From the IMG/VR virus record IMGVR_UViG_3300017988_000027, positions 1 through 27,339 of that record: 27,339 nt of DNA; one strand, 5' to 3'. How positions within the stretch are numbered: the stretch's first letter is position 1; every line of letters begins with the position of its first letter. Source of the DNA: a virus. Taxonomy: Duplodnaviria; Caudoviricetes. The position numbers and the translations under genes were made by a program. Under the pieces are notes generated by a model, which worked only from the letters and a program-made list of their open reading frames with translations, was not told where the DNA came from and searched no databases. Below are positions 10,082 through 18,810 of the stretch, in pieces.

Positions 10082-10197
10082 TATTTTTTAACCGTAGGCT
10101 TAATCACAAGCCTGTTAAATTTTTTACCAATAACATAAGTGGGCTTGTCTTGTTTAATAACCACTTTCTTTTTTTTGAACAAATCAATTACGGCCAT
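10081..10197 (-). CDS. Small Lys-rich protein, 38 aa (MAVIDLFKKKKVVIKQDKPTYVIGKKFNRLVIKPTVKK)
   Basis: GGGGGA RBS before ATG 10197, with an alternative in-frame ATG at 10218 coupled to the upstream stop. TAATG overlap with the adaptor start. Fills the gap exactly. Confidence 0.6.
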   Translation of the reverse strand: MAVIDLFKKKKVVIKQDKPTYVIGKKFNRLVIKPTVKK

Positions 10198-10217
10198 AAA
10201 TCCCCCTTTAAGTGGCA

Positions 10218-10403
10218 TTAATTCCCTTCGGTAGCATCATATCCACAATCGGAATGATTGGTAATTGTTTCAGGAACCTTCTCCGAAATATCGTGGTGAG
10301 TAACCACAAATTGAGAATTTTGAACCGGATTAACCGGTTTGGGTGTTCCCTGAATCGTAGTTGCCGAATGATCTTTTTCTGATTCCATCTTCAATTTTCG
10401 CAT
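10218..10403 (-). CDS. Hypothetical protein, 61 aa
   Basis: Strong AAGGAG RBS (10411-10416) and correct orientation in the operon. Confidence 0.65.
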   Translation of the reverse strand: MRKLKMESEKDHSATTIQGTPKPVNPVQNSQFVVTHHDISEKVPETITNHSDCGYDATEGN

Positions 10404-10416
10404 TTTATTACTCCTT

Positions 10417-10444
10417 AAAAAAAATGCCCCGATACGGTCGGGGC
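10417..10444 (-). terminator. Rho-independent terminator
   Basis: Minus strand GCCCCGA-CCGTA-TCGGGGC-A-TTTTTTTT just after the stop at 10455. Confidence 0.85.
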
Positions 10445-10454
10445 TACCGTTTAA

Positions 10455-11054
10455 TTATCTACCCGAAGCGTTCTTGAGTTGAGCGTGAATCGCACCCAAA
10501 ACACCTTCCCGCTTTTGTCCCTCTTCTTCCACTTCTAACCAACGTTTTAGAACTGGAATGGCTAATGTCTTGTTAATTAACGAAACAGCATCCTGAATCC
10601 CCAATTTATTAATATCGGATTCAGGCGAACTAACTTCTTTGTTAATGGTTGGAACAGCCTTAGAAGGAGCCGGTTTCATCCAAACCGGAGAATACTCCAA
10701 ATACTTCAAATACAATTTTTTGTCCTCGGCAGTCAATCCCTTAATGGCGTTCTTAGCCAAGATTAATTGCCGTCTTTCCAACTCACTATATTCCCTTAAA
10801 ACCCCACCATTTCGTGCGCCAACAGAAACAGCGGCCTGCTTAACAGGCTTCATGGTGGGTTTGCCTTTTTCATCCGTCAAAGGAACACCATCAGAAGTAA
10901 AAGCCTGCTCTTCCGAAACCTTTCCATCCTTGTCAGTCATAAAATGCGGAACAAGCGTATCAGGAATTTCAAAAATTTCTCCCGCCTTAATCATCCGATC
11001 AAAATAATAACCCGATGGATGTCCTTCCAACATCTGTTTGGCTTGTACGAGCAT
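10455..11054 (-). CDS. Hypothetical capsid-region protein, ~199 aa
   Basis: AAGGAG RBS supports ATG 11054 (MLVQAK). N-terminal 'GYYFDRMIKAGEIFEI' and C-terminal helical 'LKRWLEVEEEGQKREGVLGAIHAQL' are motif types common in genes following phage capsid genes. Confidence 0.75.
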   Translation of the reverse strand: MLVQAKQMLEGHPSGYYFDRMIKAGEIFEIPDTLVPHFMTDKDGKVSEEQAFTSDGVPLTDEKGKPTMKPVKQAAVSVGARNGGVLREYSELERRQLILAKNAIKGLTAEDKKLYLKYLEYSPVWMKPAPSKAVPTINKEVSSPESDINKLGIQDAVSLINKTLAIPVLKRWLEVEEEGQKREGVLGAIHAQLKNASGR

Positions 11055-11071
11055 AAACACTCCTTTAAAAA

Positions 11072-11111
11072 TTTGTGAAAGCGTAGGTGGGTAAAAAATA
11101 CCCACCCACGC
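11072..11111 (-). terminator. 13-bp hairpin after the capsid/cement genes (weak terminator or mRNA 3' stabiliser)
   Basis: Minus strand GCGTGGGTGGGTA-TTTTT-TACCCACCTACGC (one G.U pair) followed only by TTTCAC. Confidence 0.6.
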
Positions 11112-11145
11112 CTTCTTAAACTTAACAACTTTCCCAACAAAACAA

Positions 11146-11613
11146 TTACAGAGTGTAATTGGCCGGTTGAGGAACGTTCTGGCTGAAATCCGCTTCCAGC
11201 ATTAAATAAGCCGACAGGGTAATTGTCCCCGGAGTGTTGGAAATATCCAACTCCCCACTTATATATTGCTGATTAATCGTATTCGGCCCGATAGCCAAGA
11301 AAAAGGATCCTGGCCCACCATTTGTCGTCAACAACGCCGTAACCTGAGCCGCCGTCAAAGTCATGGTGGCAACAGTCGCTGGCGATGAGGGCGATGCCGG
11401 AGTACCCACGCTATCCGAAATTACCTTAAACGTATAAGCGTCACTGGTTCCCGCCGTAAACGCACTAACGTAAACAGCCATACCCATCTCTTCGCTGTTT
11501 TCAATGTGACGCCCGGCAGTAGCCTGATCGTAAGCGTTGGTTGAATAGTTAGTTACACTATTCAGCGCACCAGAAGCCCAAAGCTGTAATTCACCATCTA
11601 TTCCCATACCCAT
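11146..11613 (-). CDS. Capsid cement/decoration protein (BPP-1 Bbp16-like), 155 aa
   Basis: Beta-rich, with 'ID.EL', 'STNAYD', 'GTITLSAYL' patterns; lies directly after the major capsid gene; AAGGA RBS. Confidence 0.7.
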   Translation of the reverse strand: MGMGIDGELQLWASGALNSVTNYSTNAYDQATAGRHIENSEEMGMAVYVSAFTAGTSDAYTFKVISDSVGTPASPSSPATVATMTLTAAQVTALLTTNGGPGSFFLAIGPNTINQQYISGELDISNTPGTITLSAYLMLEADFSQNVPQPANYTL

Positions 11614-11657
11614 AATAAAATTCCTTTCTTTAATTGGACTTTCGCCCGGTTATTTAA

Positions 11658-12734
11658 TTAAACAAACGCAACGTTGCCTTCGGTAGTCAAAAGCTGATCG
11701 CAAATCCCAATGGGATGACCATCATACTCCCACATCCATTGAGGATTGTAAGCTCTCTCATAACCGTCTTTAGCAAGTCCCGCACCCTGAATAACCGTAT
11801 TCTTAATCTGGTGTCTTAAACCTTTTTGCATAGCACGGTTCATGAACCAATAGTAAGTCGGCTTGATCTGCTCAACACCCGGCTCCGGGGGAACGTTCGT
11901 TTCAAACGGCAGACGGGCTTTCATCTCATCCAAGAAGTAAGCCAAATCAGCATCATTTTGAAGAACTTCCACAGAAGGCGTGTCAATGTTAGCGGTACGG
12001 ACAGCATGACGCCAATCGGCGACACACAATCCCAACTCCCAAGTGAACTGGTCTTTATAGACCGACATGGAAGCATTGGTATTGCCACTAATATCAACGG
12101 CGGTTTCTTTGTCTTTCAATCCCCAGTTACGGTGACGGAAACCAGAAACCCCACCCTTGGGGTAAATACCAGTAATCGCACGAGGCCCCATGCCAACCAA
12201 CCAGATGGACGAATTGGTGTTGTTACGACCACCACCATCCAAAATGTTGATAGCATTAGACCCAGCGTTTACGTTGGTCCCACCAGCGGAATAACGCATG
12301 GACAGCCCGTTAAAATCAGACGGGGTAGTTCCACGATTTCCGTAGAAGAACAAGTAAGTAGCTTTACGGCCAAACGCTTCCATCTTCGAGAAAGACTGTT
12401 CGACACGATAGCTTTCGGCATCACCACCACGCAACGCAACCTGTTCATCAACTTCCAGCCAGTCCTCAAGGATAGCAACTTCCTCTTCGAGCTGAGCCGC
12501 TTTTGCGTAAGACGGGATAGTACCACGGTTCATAATGCGGGTAGACGGCAGAGGCGAACTGGTTTCCACTGTAATTTCATGGGAACGAGCTTGATTACAT
12601 TCCTCAAACATCCACCAATAAATCAAAGCGTTGGCTTGTGACAACGCACGGATAAAGGGAAGGGTTTTACCTTCTTTATCCTGAAACTTTGCCCGATCAA
12701 TGATCGTAGCGTATTTGTCTCCGATAATAGCCAT
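11658..12734 (-). CDS. Major capsid protein (BPP-1 Bbp17-like, HK97 fold), 358 aa
   Basis: 'LSQAN.LI....FEECN...H...V....P....R..N.G', 'FFYGN...P..FNGLS.RY', 'SSIWLVG.G', 'W.LGL.VADWR...R.ANID', 'PI..CDQLL.TE'. AAAGGA RBS; higher GC than the flanking genes. Confidence 0.92.
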   Translation of the reverse strand: MAIIGDKYATIIDRAKFQDKEGKTLPFIRALSQANALIYWWMFEECNQARSHEITVETSSPLPSTRIMNRGTIPSYAKAAQLEEEVAILEDWLEVDEQVALRGGDAESYRVEQSFSKMEAFGRKATYLFFYGNRGTTPSDFNGLSMRYSAGGTNVNAGSNAINILDGGGRNNTNSSIWLVGMGPRAITGIYPKGGVSGFRHRNWGLKDKETAVDISGNTNASMSVYKDQFTWELGLCVADWRHAVRTANIDTPSVEVLQNDADLAYFLDEMKARLPFETNVPPEPGVEQIKPTYYWFMNRAMQKGLRHQIKNTVIQGAGLAKDGYERAYNPQWMWEYDGHPIGICDQLLTTEGNVAFV

Positions 12735-12778
12735 TTTCTTTTCCTTTCAATTCTTCAAGAGGATAAAGAGATTTCGGA

Positions 12779-13525
12779 TTACCTTGAGGCCATCACTTCG
12801 TGGTCGGCAATATCACCCTTGCCGCCATAAACCGCCTGGCCCCACGTTTTCTTTTCGCTCACACCGGCTGTGGGTGGCATTCGATCTGGAACCAATCGAC
12901 CTTCACCCAACATCTTACCCAATTTAGCGAGTCCCTTAACTATTCCCGGTTTCTTTGCCCACGATGTAGCGGCAAACTCTTTAAATTCATCTTCACCAAA
13001 AACCGTTTTGAATGTTCGGGTGGCCAACTGATCGGTTTCATTGAGGTGTGTTCCCCCATAAACCGGATCATTGGTTATATCCGCAATCCATTTATCCCCT
13101 TGAGATTTTTCTGCTGTAATAGCAATCGCCTTAGCCCGCTCCATGGCGGCGTGTTCAAAATTCGCCTTGGTTTGAGCTTCTTCGATTGTTTTTGATTCTT
13201 TAACGATTTCGTCGAGGTAGGACTTCGGCACTAATGAGTTTTCAGGTAATTTCAACTTATCAGCGGAAACAACCTGAGCTTGGACAGGTTCCGGGGATTT
13301 CGTTGTAGCCAACAAAGATTCTGCGGGCTTAACTTCCGGCTTAGCAGGTTGTACGGCCTGTTCGGTCGGTTTTTCGGTCGGAGTCTGGATAACCGGAGTT
13401 GCAACGGCAGTCGCACCGCTTTCGACTGCGGGTGCTGGTGTCGCTACTTTTGCTCCTGAATCGCTCTTGTTGTCTGCGCTTACTTGGGTGTTCGGCGTTG
13501 AGACAGCTTGTACTTCATCTGACAT
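12779..13525 (-). CDS. Capsid scaffolding protein, ~248 aa
   Basis: AAGGAG RBS supports ATG 13525. Low-complexity Pro/Ala/Thr N-terminus, then 'W...I..DP.YGG..L.ET', 'P.IVKGLAKLGKMLGE', 'A.YG'. Immediately upstream of the capsid gene. Confidence 0.8.
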   Translation of the reverse strand: MSDEVQAVSTPNTQVSADNKSDSGAKVATPAPAVESGATAVATPVIQTPTEKPTEQAVQPAKPEVKPAESLLATTKSPEPVQAQVVSADKLKLPENSLVPKSYLDEIVKESKTIEEAQTKANFEHAAMERAKAIAITAEKSQGDKWIADITNDPVYGGTHLNETDQLATRTFKTVFGEDEFKEFAATSWAKKPGIVKGLAKLGKMLGEGRLVPDRMPPTAGVSEKKTWGQAVYGGKGDIADHEVMASR

Positions 13526-13538
13526 ATTAAACTCTCCT

Positions 13539-13898
13539 TTATTTTTTTTCAACCTCTTTTTTTATTAACAACTGTTTGTATTCTTCCTCACCTAATTGCC
13601 GTTCAATATCTTCTTTTTCCATTGTTGAATACAAATCAAATCCAGCACATTTAACAATTAATGTTTTAAGATACAAATAATCCTCATATTCCCCAACATT
13701 ATAAGCCATTTGTAAGCCATTGGTATCAAATAATTTTTTGGTCTGACCCAAATCAGTTAGTACTTGAGAGACAAATCTGCGACCACGCTTATCACTCATC
13801 ACAAATTTAATCGCGTCCGTATTGGCTTTTACTCTTTTATCAAACACCACCTGATCTATTTTATTAGCTAAAACGTCATTGGTTTTTTGATTTATCAC
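13539..13898 (-). CDS. Bbp19-like protein, 119 aa
   Basis: 'IKFVMSDKRGRRFV..VL...G......F..N...MAYN.G' motif between portal and scaffold; GTGA overlap with the portal stop. Confidence 0.75.
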   Translation of the reverse strand: MINQKTNDVLANKIDQVVFDKRVKANTDAIKFVMSDKRGRRFVSQVLTDLGQTKKLFDTNGLQMAYNVGEYEDYLYLKTLIVKCAGFDLYSTMEKEDIERQLGEEEYKQLLIKKEVEKK

Positions 13899-15622
13899 TG
13901 TTGGGGTTGTCCTTGTCCTTGGGGTAACAATCCGGCTGAGTTCAAGTCTTTAGCGGCCCCCGCCACGGCAGGCAAACGCTCCGCAGTTTGTTGTTGCTTT
14001 TGTTGTTGTGCCCTGGTCTGTCTGATTTTCTGAACCTTATCCTCGGCATTAAAGAATTTGGGTGACAAGTTGGACAAAACACCATAACTTCTTAACATCT
14101 CATCGTCATTAATCACATCACTTATATTGGGGTTGCGTTGAAACACAGCTTGAACTTGCGCCCAAACTTTTTCGTATGACGTGGTTTCAGCTAACTTCAA
14201 TGCCATCGCCACACGGGAAACAAATGTTACTTTTAAAACTTTACCTTGTAATTGTTTGGGTATGGGAGGCATAACCCCTTGACGAACAAATAAATCCCAC
14301 ATCCAATCAAACATAGGTTGTAGCCACTCATATTCCAACGCACCATAAACCGGGCCAAGTATGTTATACATCTCTTGAATTTTCTGCAAAACTTCTGTGG
14401 CTGTGCGTGGTTGAAGTTTTTGATCGTCCGTGAACATCCTAAACAAATCAGATAAACAAGTTTTTTTAATATTCTGAATTAATTCTTGTATATCTTCACG
14501 AATAGCTTTTAAGTCTGGTTGAATCTGATAAGCTGGCTTAAATCCATCATTCTTCTGCCCTTCCGGTAACATTGTGAAAAATCCAGGCGTAGTTCCACGA
14601 GGATAACCGGCCAAGGAAGCGGGGCCGGTCATGGGTGGTTCAATAACTTTTTGCAAAGCCGTAAGTTTTAATTTTACTTCCTCATAAACCTGATTGGTGT
14701 CACCAACGGCTTTAAAACCTGGGCCATCCACACCATAAGCATCGGTGGGTTGTCTAAACCAACGAACAACCCATATTGGAAATTTATCAAATCCCCTCAA
14801 CTCCAAAATCTTTTTATTACCCGCATCACGAATATAATACACGCACAAATATTTCTTCTTGGCCGGATTATATTTCGCTTCCGATGGATTGTGATCTGGA
14901 TTTGGTTTAATCACCAAAACCATATTCTTTGGCAATTCTTTTTGTGTTTCCGATTTCCATTGGCTTTGGAGTGTTTCGTCCAATAAACTTACATCCACAT
15001 TACCTTCTTCGTCAGTACAAAACTCCTCAACGATCTGACGTAACTTCCAACGGAATTCATAAACAAACGTATCAACTACACCTTTGTTGTTATTTGAAAT
15101 ATAAAACGATCCAATGGGAAAACAGGTAAAACGACAATGGGTGTCGAAATCTTCCTCTGACATAATCGCCCCAGTTAAAAACCGAGAGAACGACCTATAA
15201 AGCATTGGGGTTGTTTGATAGAAATTAGATTTCTGAAAAACCTGTTTATACAACGAATTAACTTTCTGGCAAAACTCCATCACCTCTTCGTCATCTCTCA
15301 AATCCTCATCCTGTGGTTCAATCTGATGCCACTCTTGAGAAGCGGGTGTAATGCCACTCTGTAAATTCGTCATTAAATCATCAAACGCTTGGAATGGAGG
15401 ACTAAACTTTAAAATATCAATGATGAATGACGGGAACCCCGACATTGATGGGTCCCAAATCGTGAATTGGGGATCAAGACAATCGCGTACCGCATACCAA
15501 AGTGGTTCGTATGGCGCGCGGTCGGTTAGCAACCGCCCACGCAAATTTTCCATATCGGAATACATCTGACGCATATCGTTGTCGTTTAATTTGTATGGAA
15601 TTAGACTTGGTTGAGTTTTCAT
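13895..15622 (-). CDS. Portal / head-tail connector (T7 gp8-type), 575 aa
   Basis: 'L.SGITPASQEW', 'SNFY', 'FP.WVVRW......YG..GPG', 'RTATEV......ILGPV...L..E.L.P', Gln-rich C-terminus. Confidence 0.93.
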   Translation of the reverse strand: MKTQPSLIPYKLNDNDMRQMYSDMENLRGRLLTDRAPYEPLWYAVRDCLDPQFTIWDPSMSGFPSFIIDILKFSPPFQAFDDLMTNLQSGITPASQEWHQIEPQDEDLRDDEEVMEFCQKVNSLYKQVFQKSNFYQTTPMLYRSFSRFLTGAIMSEEDFDTHCRFTCFPIGSFYISNNNKGVVDTFVYEFRWKLRQIVEEFCTDEEGNVDVSLLDETLQSQWKSETQKELPKNMVLVIKPNPDHNPSEAKYNPAKKKYLCVYYIRDAGNKKILELRGFDKFPIWVVRWFRQPTDAYGVDGPGFKAVGDTNQVYEEVKLKLTALQKVIEPPMTGPASLAGYPRGTTPGFFTMLPEGQKNDGFKPAYQIQPDLKAIREDIQELIQNIKKTCLSDLFRMFTDDQKLQPRTATEVLQKIQEMYNILGPVYGALEYEWLQPMFDWMWDLFVRQGVMPPIPKQLQGKVLKVTFVSRVAMALKLAETTSYEKVWAQVQAVFQRNPNISDVINDDEMLRSYGVLSNLSPKFFNAEDKVQKIRQTRAQQQKQQQTAERLPAVAGAAKDLNSAGLLPQGQGQPQQ

Positions 15623-15936
15623 TATTTACCCTTCAATGATGCCAATGGCAATAGTGGATTGGGGGCCATCTTTAACATCTGACCAGGCAAAACAGGATTA
15701 GTTTTAAGTGTTTGCTGAATATTATTAAGAGAATTTTCTTGTTGGTTACGTGTATTAATTAAACTTTGTTGTTGTTGGTAATTTTCATCTTCTTGTTGGG
15801 CATTAGACAACAATGTGGTTTCCGCCGTGTTAGAAGCATTTAATTGTAGCTGTGCCTCTTGTGCCGCTGGTGATGGTGACGGGCTACCCACAATCTGTTG
15901 TGTCACACTGCCCAATGCCGAAAACGCATTACCCAA
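15622..15936 (-). CDS. Small Gln-rich virion-associated protein, 104 aa (TTG start)
   Basis: GGGGGA RBS before TTG; TAATG-coupled to the portal; usual position and the usual 'L..LG'-type end of pre-portal proteins. Confidence 0.65.
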   Translation of the reverse strand: MGNAFSALGSVTQQIVGSPSPSPAAQEAQLQLNASNTAETTLLSNAQQEDENYQQQQSLINTRNQQENSLNNIQQTLKTNPVLPGQMLKMAPNPLLPLASLKGK

Positions 15937-15979
15937 GTGATCCCCCCTACTTTAATGACTTCCCCAAGTCGTAAACATT

Positions 15980-17488
15980 TTAATGTTTTAATAGCCTATG
16001 AGCAAGTGGATTATAGTCCTTTAGCGTATTTTTCATCTGTATGTTTTTATGTGTTGAAACCATCACATTCTTGTTTGGCACGGGCGATGAAAACGTGAGC
16101 CATAAAGCATCTGAAATATCGGGCGAACTAAGGCCACGTTTTTTCATGTCTTTTTTCGACTCCAAAAACAACGTTGAACCATCGGGCATGTAATCAAATT
16201 CACGCATACAGAGATCATCCTCAAGCCGAGGATCATCCCATATTGCGCCGCCCGTTTTAAGCCAATCCTTGAACTCTGAACCCATATACGCTGTCATATT
16301 GTGATAACAATCTTTTGGACTGCTACCGCCAAAATTTATGTGAAATATATTATATCCAAGTTTTTTCCAGTGGTCTAATATCGGGGCACCCAAACCACCG
16401 GCATCACCAAATATATAGTCTGGTTGATATCGGTTAAATAAATCAATACCAATGGCTTCTAGGCGAGTGGAATCAGCCACCTCAGAGCCTGGTATAATTA
16501 TGGGTTTAATACTTTTCGCGTCCCTGCCCCTGCGGAAATAAAACACACAGTTATCGTCACCACCACGGGCGAGGTCTATTCCAAGAATCAGCGGTTCATT
16601 ATTGGTTGATGTCGCGTCTTTCATTCTAGCTTCTTTTACCAAATCCGTTGGAATAAACTGCATGGATGATGTATTACTAAACTCTCCCAAAATCCTTGTT
16701 TTAACCCAATTCGAGTCTATGCCATGAAGTTCAATTTGTTTCGCGATTTCCTCTTGGTTAGCACCCTCGACGGTACGGCTATCAATTTGTTTGGTAATCC
16801 ATGCCGCTTTATTTTTATGAAAAATATCATAAAACGGCCCAGAATTTCGTGTGGGGTTTCCGAATACCAAAATAATAATTTCTGTAGATTCCTCGAATGT
16901 AAACGAATCAATAACATCAAAAACAGCTTGGGGTACACCCGAAGCCTCATCAACCTCAATGATAATTCTGCGACCCTTGTTGTGTAATCCCGCAAACCCT
17001 TCCGTTGAGTTTTCCCGCCATACCACGGCATCAGTGCGCCAGTTAAGATTATGATCCGGCACGTTAGAATAAAATCCGGTAGCCGTAACCGTAAACCAAT
17101 CTTTATTCAGCATCCTAGCCCACCACTTCGACAATTCAGCCCACGTAGTACTCTTTAACTGGTTTCCTGTATTCGCCGTCACACGTCCACGGCAATCTTC
17201 AAGCGTGGAAAGCCCCCAACAATTAACCAGAGCCATCAAACAGCTTTTTCCGATACCGTGGCCGCTGGCTATCGCAATCTTAACCACCTGGTTTTTCTTT
17301 CCCTGATTCTTCCTCAACTCCTCACCAATCGTTTTTAATATATCCTTCTGCCAGGTTCTTGGCCCCGGAGAATACTCAAGCTCCCCTTTTCCCCAATCAA
17401 ACGCCCAATTCACATATCCAAGTGGATCGTGTGTAAACGTTGCCACCTCGTTGATTATCTTTTCGTCTATGCTGTTCATATCACGCAT
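15980..17488 (-). CDS. terL: Terminase large subunit, ~500 aa (start 17488 or 17479)
   Basis: Walker A-like SGHGIGKS, Walker B IIIEVDEASG, coupling motif GNPTR, nuclease motifs LGIDLARGGDD and 'ESKKDMKKRGLSSPDISDAL'. Confidence 0.96.
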   Translation of the reverse strand: MRDMNSIDEKIINEVATFTHDPLGYVNWAFDWGKGELEYSPGPRTWQKDILKTIGEELRKNQGKKNQVVKIAIASGHGIGKSCLMALVNCWGLSTLEDCRGRVTANTGNQLKSTTWAELSKWWARMLNKDWFTVTATGFYSNVPDHNLNWRTDAVVWRENSTEGFAGLHNKGRRIIIEVDEASGVPQAVFDVIDSFTFEESTEIIILVFGNPTRNSGPFYDIFHKNKAAWITKQIDSRTVEGANQEEIAKQIELHGIDSNWVKTRILGEFSNTSSMQFIPTDLVKEARMKDATSTNNEPLILGIDLARGGDDNCVFYFRRGRDAKSIKPIIIPGSEVADSTRLEAIGIDLFNRYQPDYIFGDAGGLGAPILDHWKKLGYNIFHINFGGSSPKDCYHNMTAYMGSEFKDWLKTGGAIWDDPRLEDDLCMREFDYMPDGSTLFLESKKDMKKRGLSSPDISDALWLTFSSPVPNKNVMVSTHKNIQMKNTLKDYNPLAHRLLKH

Positions 17489-17515
17489 ACTAACACATCA
17501 TCCCCAACACTTCAA
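17480..17515 (-). promoter_or_regulatory. Putative sigma70-type promoter for terL and the structural operon
   Basis: TTGAAG (17515-17510), 17 bp, TG-n-TAGTAT (17492-17487), 7 nt, then ATG 17479. Confidence 0.5.
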
Positions 17516-17528
17516 ACCCTTTATATCT

Positions 17529-17915
17529 GTTATCATTTCACCGCATAACAAAAACGTAACGCAACATTCCCTTATTATTTTTTTAAAACCCATTTTTTAT
17601 ATAGCAAAAAACCATCACGTTACGCCTTTATAACGTGTGTAACGCCTCCATTTTTATCTACAGGTAACAAGAAAACTGATTTTCACTCTGTTACGAAATC
17701 CCAAAATACCAACACACCCCCACCTATATCCTCTCACTGATTTTTCTCCTTAGGGGGGTATATATATATATTTTTTTTATTACTACTACTACACTACCCC
17801 CCAAATCCCTTACTGGCTATAGATTTTCATGCGTTATGCTTTTGTTATTTTTTCGTTATTTTGTAATGGAATCTTCTTTTCCTATTACTGGTAAACGGTT
17901 TTACGACATAACACA
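17529..17915. other. Origin-like non-coding element: GT(T/A)AC-type repeats around an AT-rich core
   Basis: More than 10 GTAAC/GTTAC/GTTAT/ATAAC motifs; 19-bp inverted repeat 17545-17563 / 17830-17848 (2 mismatches); GGGGGGTA (17753-17760) ... TACCCCCC (17795-17802) enclosing (TA)n, a T-run and (TAC)n. Confidence 0.5.
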
Positions 17916-18086
17916 TTTTAAATCCATAAAAATTAGAACCACTCGTTTTGGGGGGATATATCTTTACCACCCCCCGTCAAACCCGGAGGTGGGGGGGTCT
18001 GGTGGTGAATTGGGGGATTTTTTTAACCAGGAAAAACAACGATGGGTTTAGGGGGTGGGCGGATATGGCGGCATGGCTTGTTCAAT

Positions 18087-18602
18087 CTATGCGTTTGGTG
18101 GATCGGCGGAAGGTGAGTCAACCGGCTTATCATCTATGGCCGTAAACTCTGCTTCAATGGGCCGCGTAGTGGCTTTGATGACACGCTCTCTGGCGTCTCG
18201 CAATCTATCGGCAAGGTTATTGATTGTTACTTCAGTTTTTTGTACGGTGGGCCGTCTACGTTCCAACATCTTTATGAGTAATGTATGATCGTACTCTGTA
18301 TACTCATCGGTGACCCTTCCTTGCCAGGTAATCGGTTTTTTTACCCCGTTTATCGCGTGGTCTAGAGCCACTGATTCTAATTTATCTGAACCAGGGCCAG
18401 CGATAATTGATTCCATTTGTTGCTGAAACTCTGGCTCATCCCGTCTCCAATTATAAAGAGATTGCCTCGATATTCGAGCATAATCAGCTGCCTCACTAAT
18501 AGTTAGCCCTTTTTCTAGCGCGGTAAAAACACGCGCTTTAACTTTTTCACTACGAATAGTTCGTAGGGGATTGGATTTAGATCGGAGTAGTTTGTTGGCC
18601 AT
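18087..18602 (-). CDS. terS: Terminase small subunit (HTH), 171 aa
   Basis: HTH 'GLTISEAADYARISRQSLYNWRRDEPEF', then 'LESVALDHAINGVKKPI...G......EYDHTLLIKMLERRRP', a familiar TerS/SNF2-adjacent phage pattern; upstream of terL. Confidence 0.85.
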   Translation of the reverse strand: MANKLLRSKSNPLRTIRSEKVKARVFTALEKGLTISEAADYARISRQSLYNWRRDEPEFQQQMESIIAGPGSDKLESVALDHAINGVKKPITWQGRVTDEYTEYDHTLLIKMLERRRPTVQKTEVTINNLADRLRDARERVIKATTRPIEAEFTAIDDKPVDSPSADPPNA

Positions 18603-18637
18603 ATAGGAAGGATAAACAAAAATGAGAACAAAATCAA
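18603..18637 (-). promoter_or_regulatory. Putative promoter giving a leaderless terS mRNA
   Basis: TTGATT (18637-18632), 17 bp, TATCCT (18614-18609), 6 nt, ATG; no SD sequence. Confidence 0.55.
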
Positions 18638-18668
18638 CGCTAACAGATAGTGTTATAAATCTACAAAA

Positions 18669-18796
18669 TGCACAATATATTGTGCAAAATGTTTGGAGTG
18701 TAAAGAAGTATTATACGAACAGTGTAAAGTTTCTTTACACAGGTTGGCATGGTTCTTGTGCAATAAAATTGCACTATAGTGTTGACAGTGTAAACA
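18669..18796. repeat. Operator-like array of GTG(T/C)AA half-sites and palindromes
   Basis: Perfect 18-bp palindrome TGCACAATATATTGTGCA (18669-18686); AGTGTAAA at 18697, 18721 and 18787; GTGTAAAG-TTT-CTTTACAC (18722-18740); GTGCAAT-AAA-ATTGCAC (18758-18774). Confidence 0.75.
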
Positions 18797-18810
18797 CGTG
18801 GTGTTATCGT
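18782..18810 (+). promoter_or_regulatory. Strong sigma70-type promoter of the small-gene cluster
   Basis: TTGACA (18782-18787), 17 bp, TG-n-TATCGT (18805-18810). Confidence 0.8.

Noticed and set aside
11826-12641. 271-aa plus-strand ORF, and the other antisense or nested ORFs in the track (e.g. 4159-4683, 10639-11007, 12800-13195, 22760-23182)
   Set aside because: They are shadows of well-supported genes, with no RBS or recognisable motifs.
17451-18288. Plus-strand ORFs of 60-77 aa in and around the terS-terL spacer
   Set aside because: Low-complexity translations of homopolymer-rich DNA, no RBS, opposite to the operon direction.
18744-18760. sigma54-like TGGCATGGTTCTTGT
   Set aside because: The conserved -12 GC is GT here, and a good sigma70 promoter lies about 25 bp downstream.
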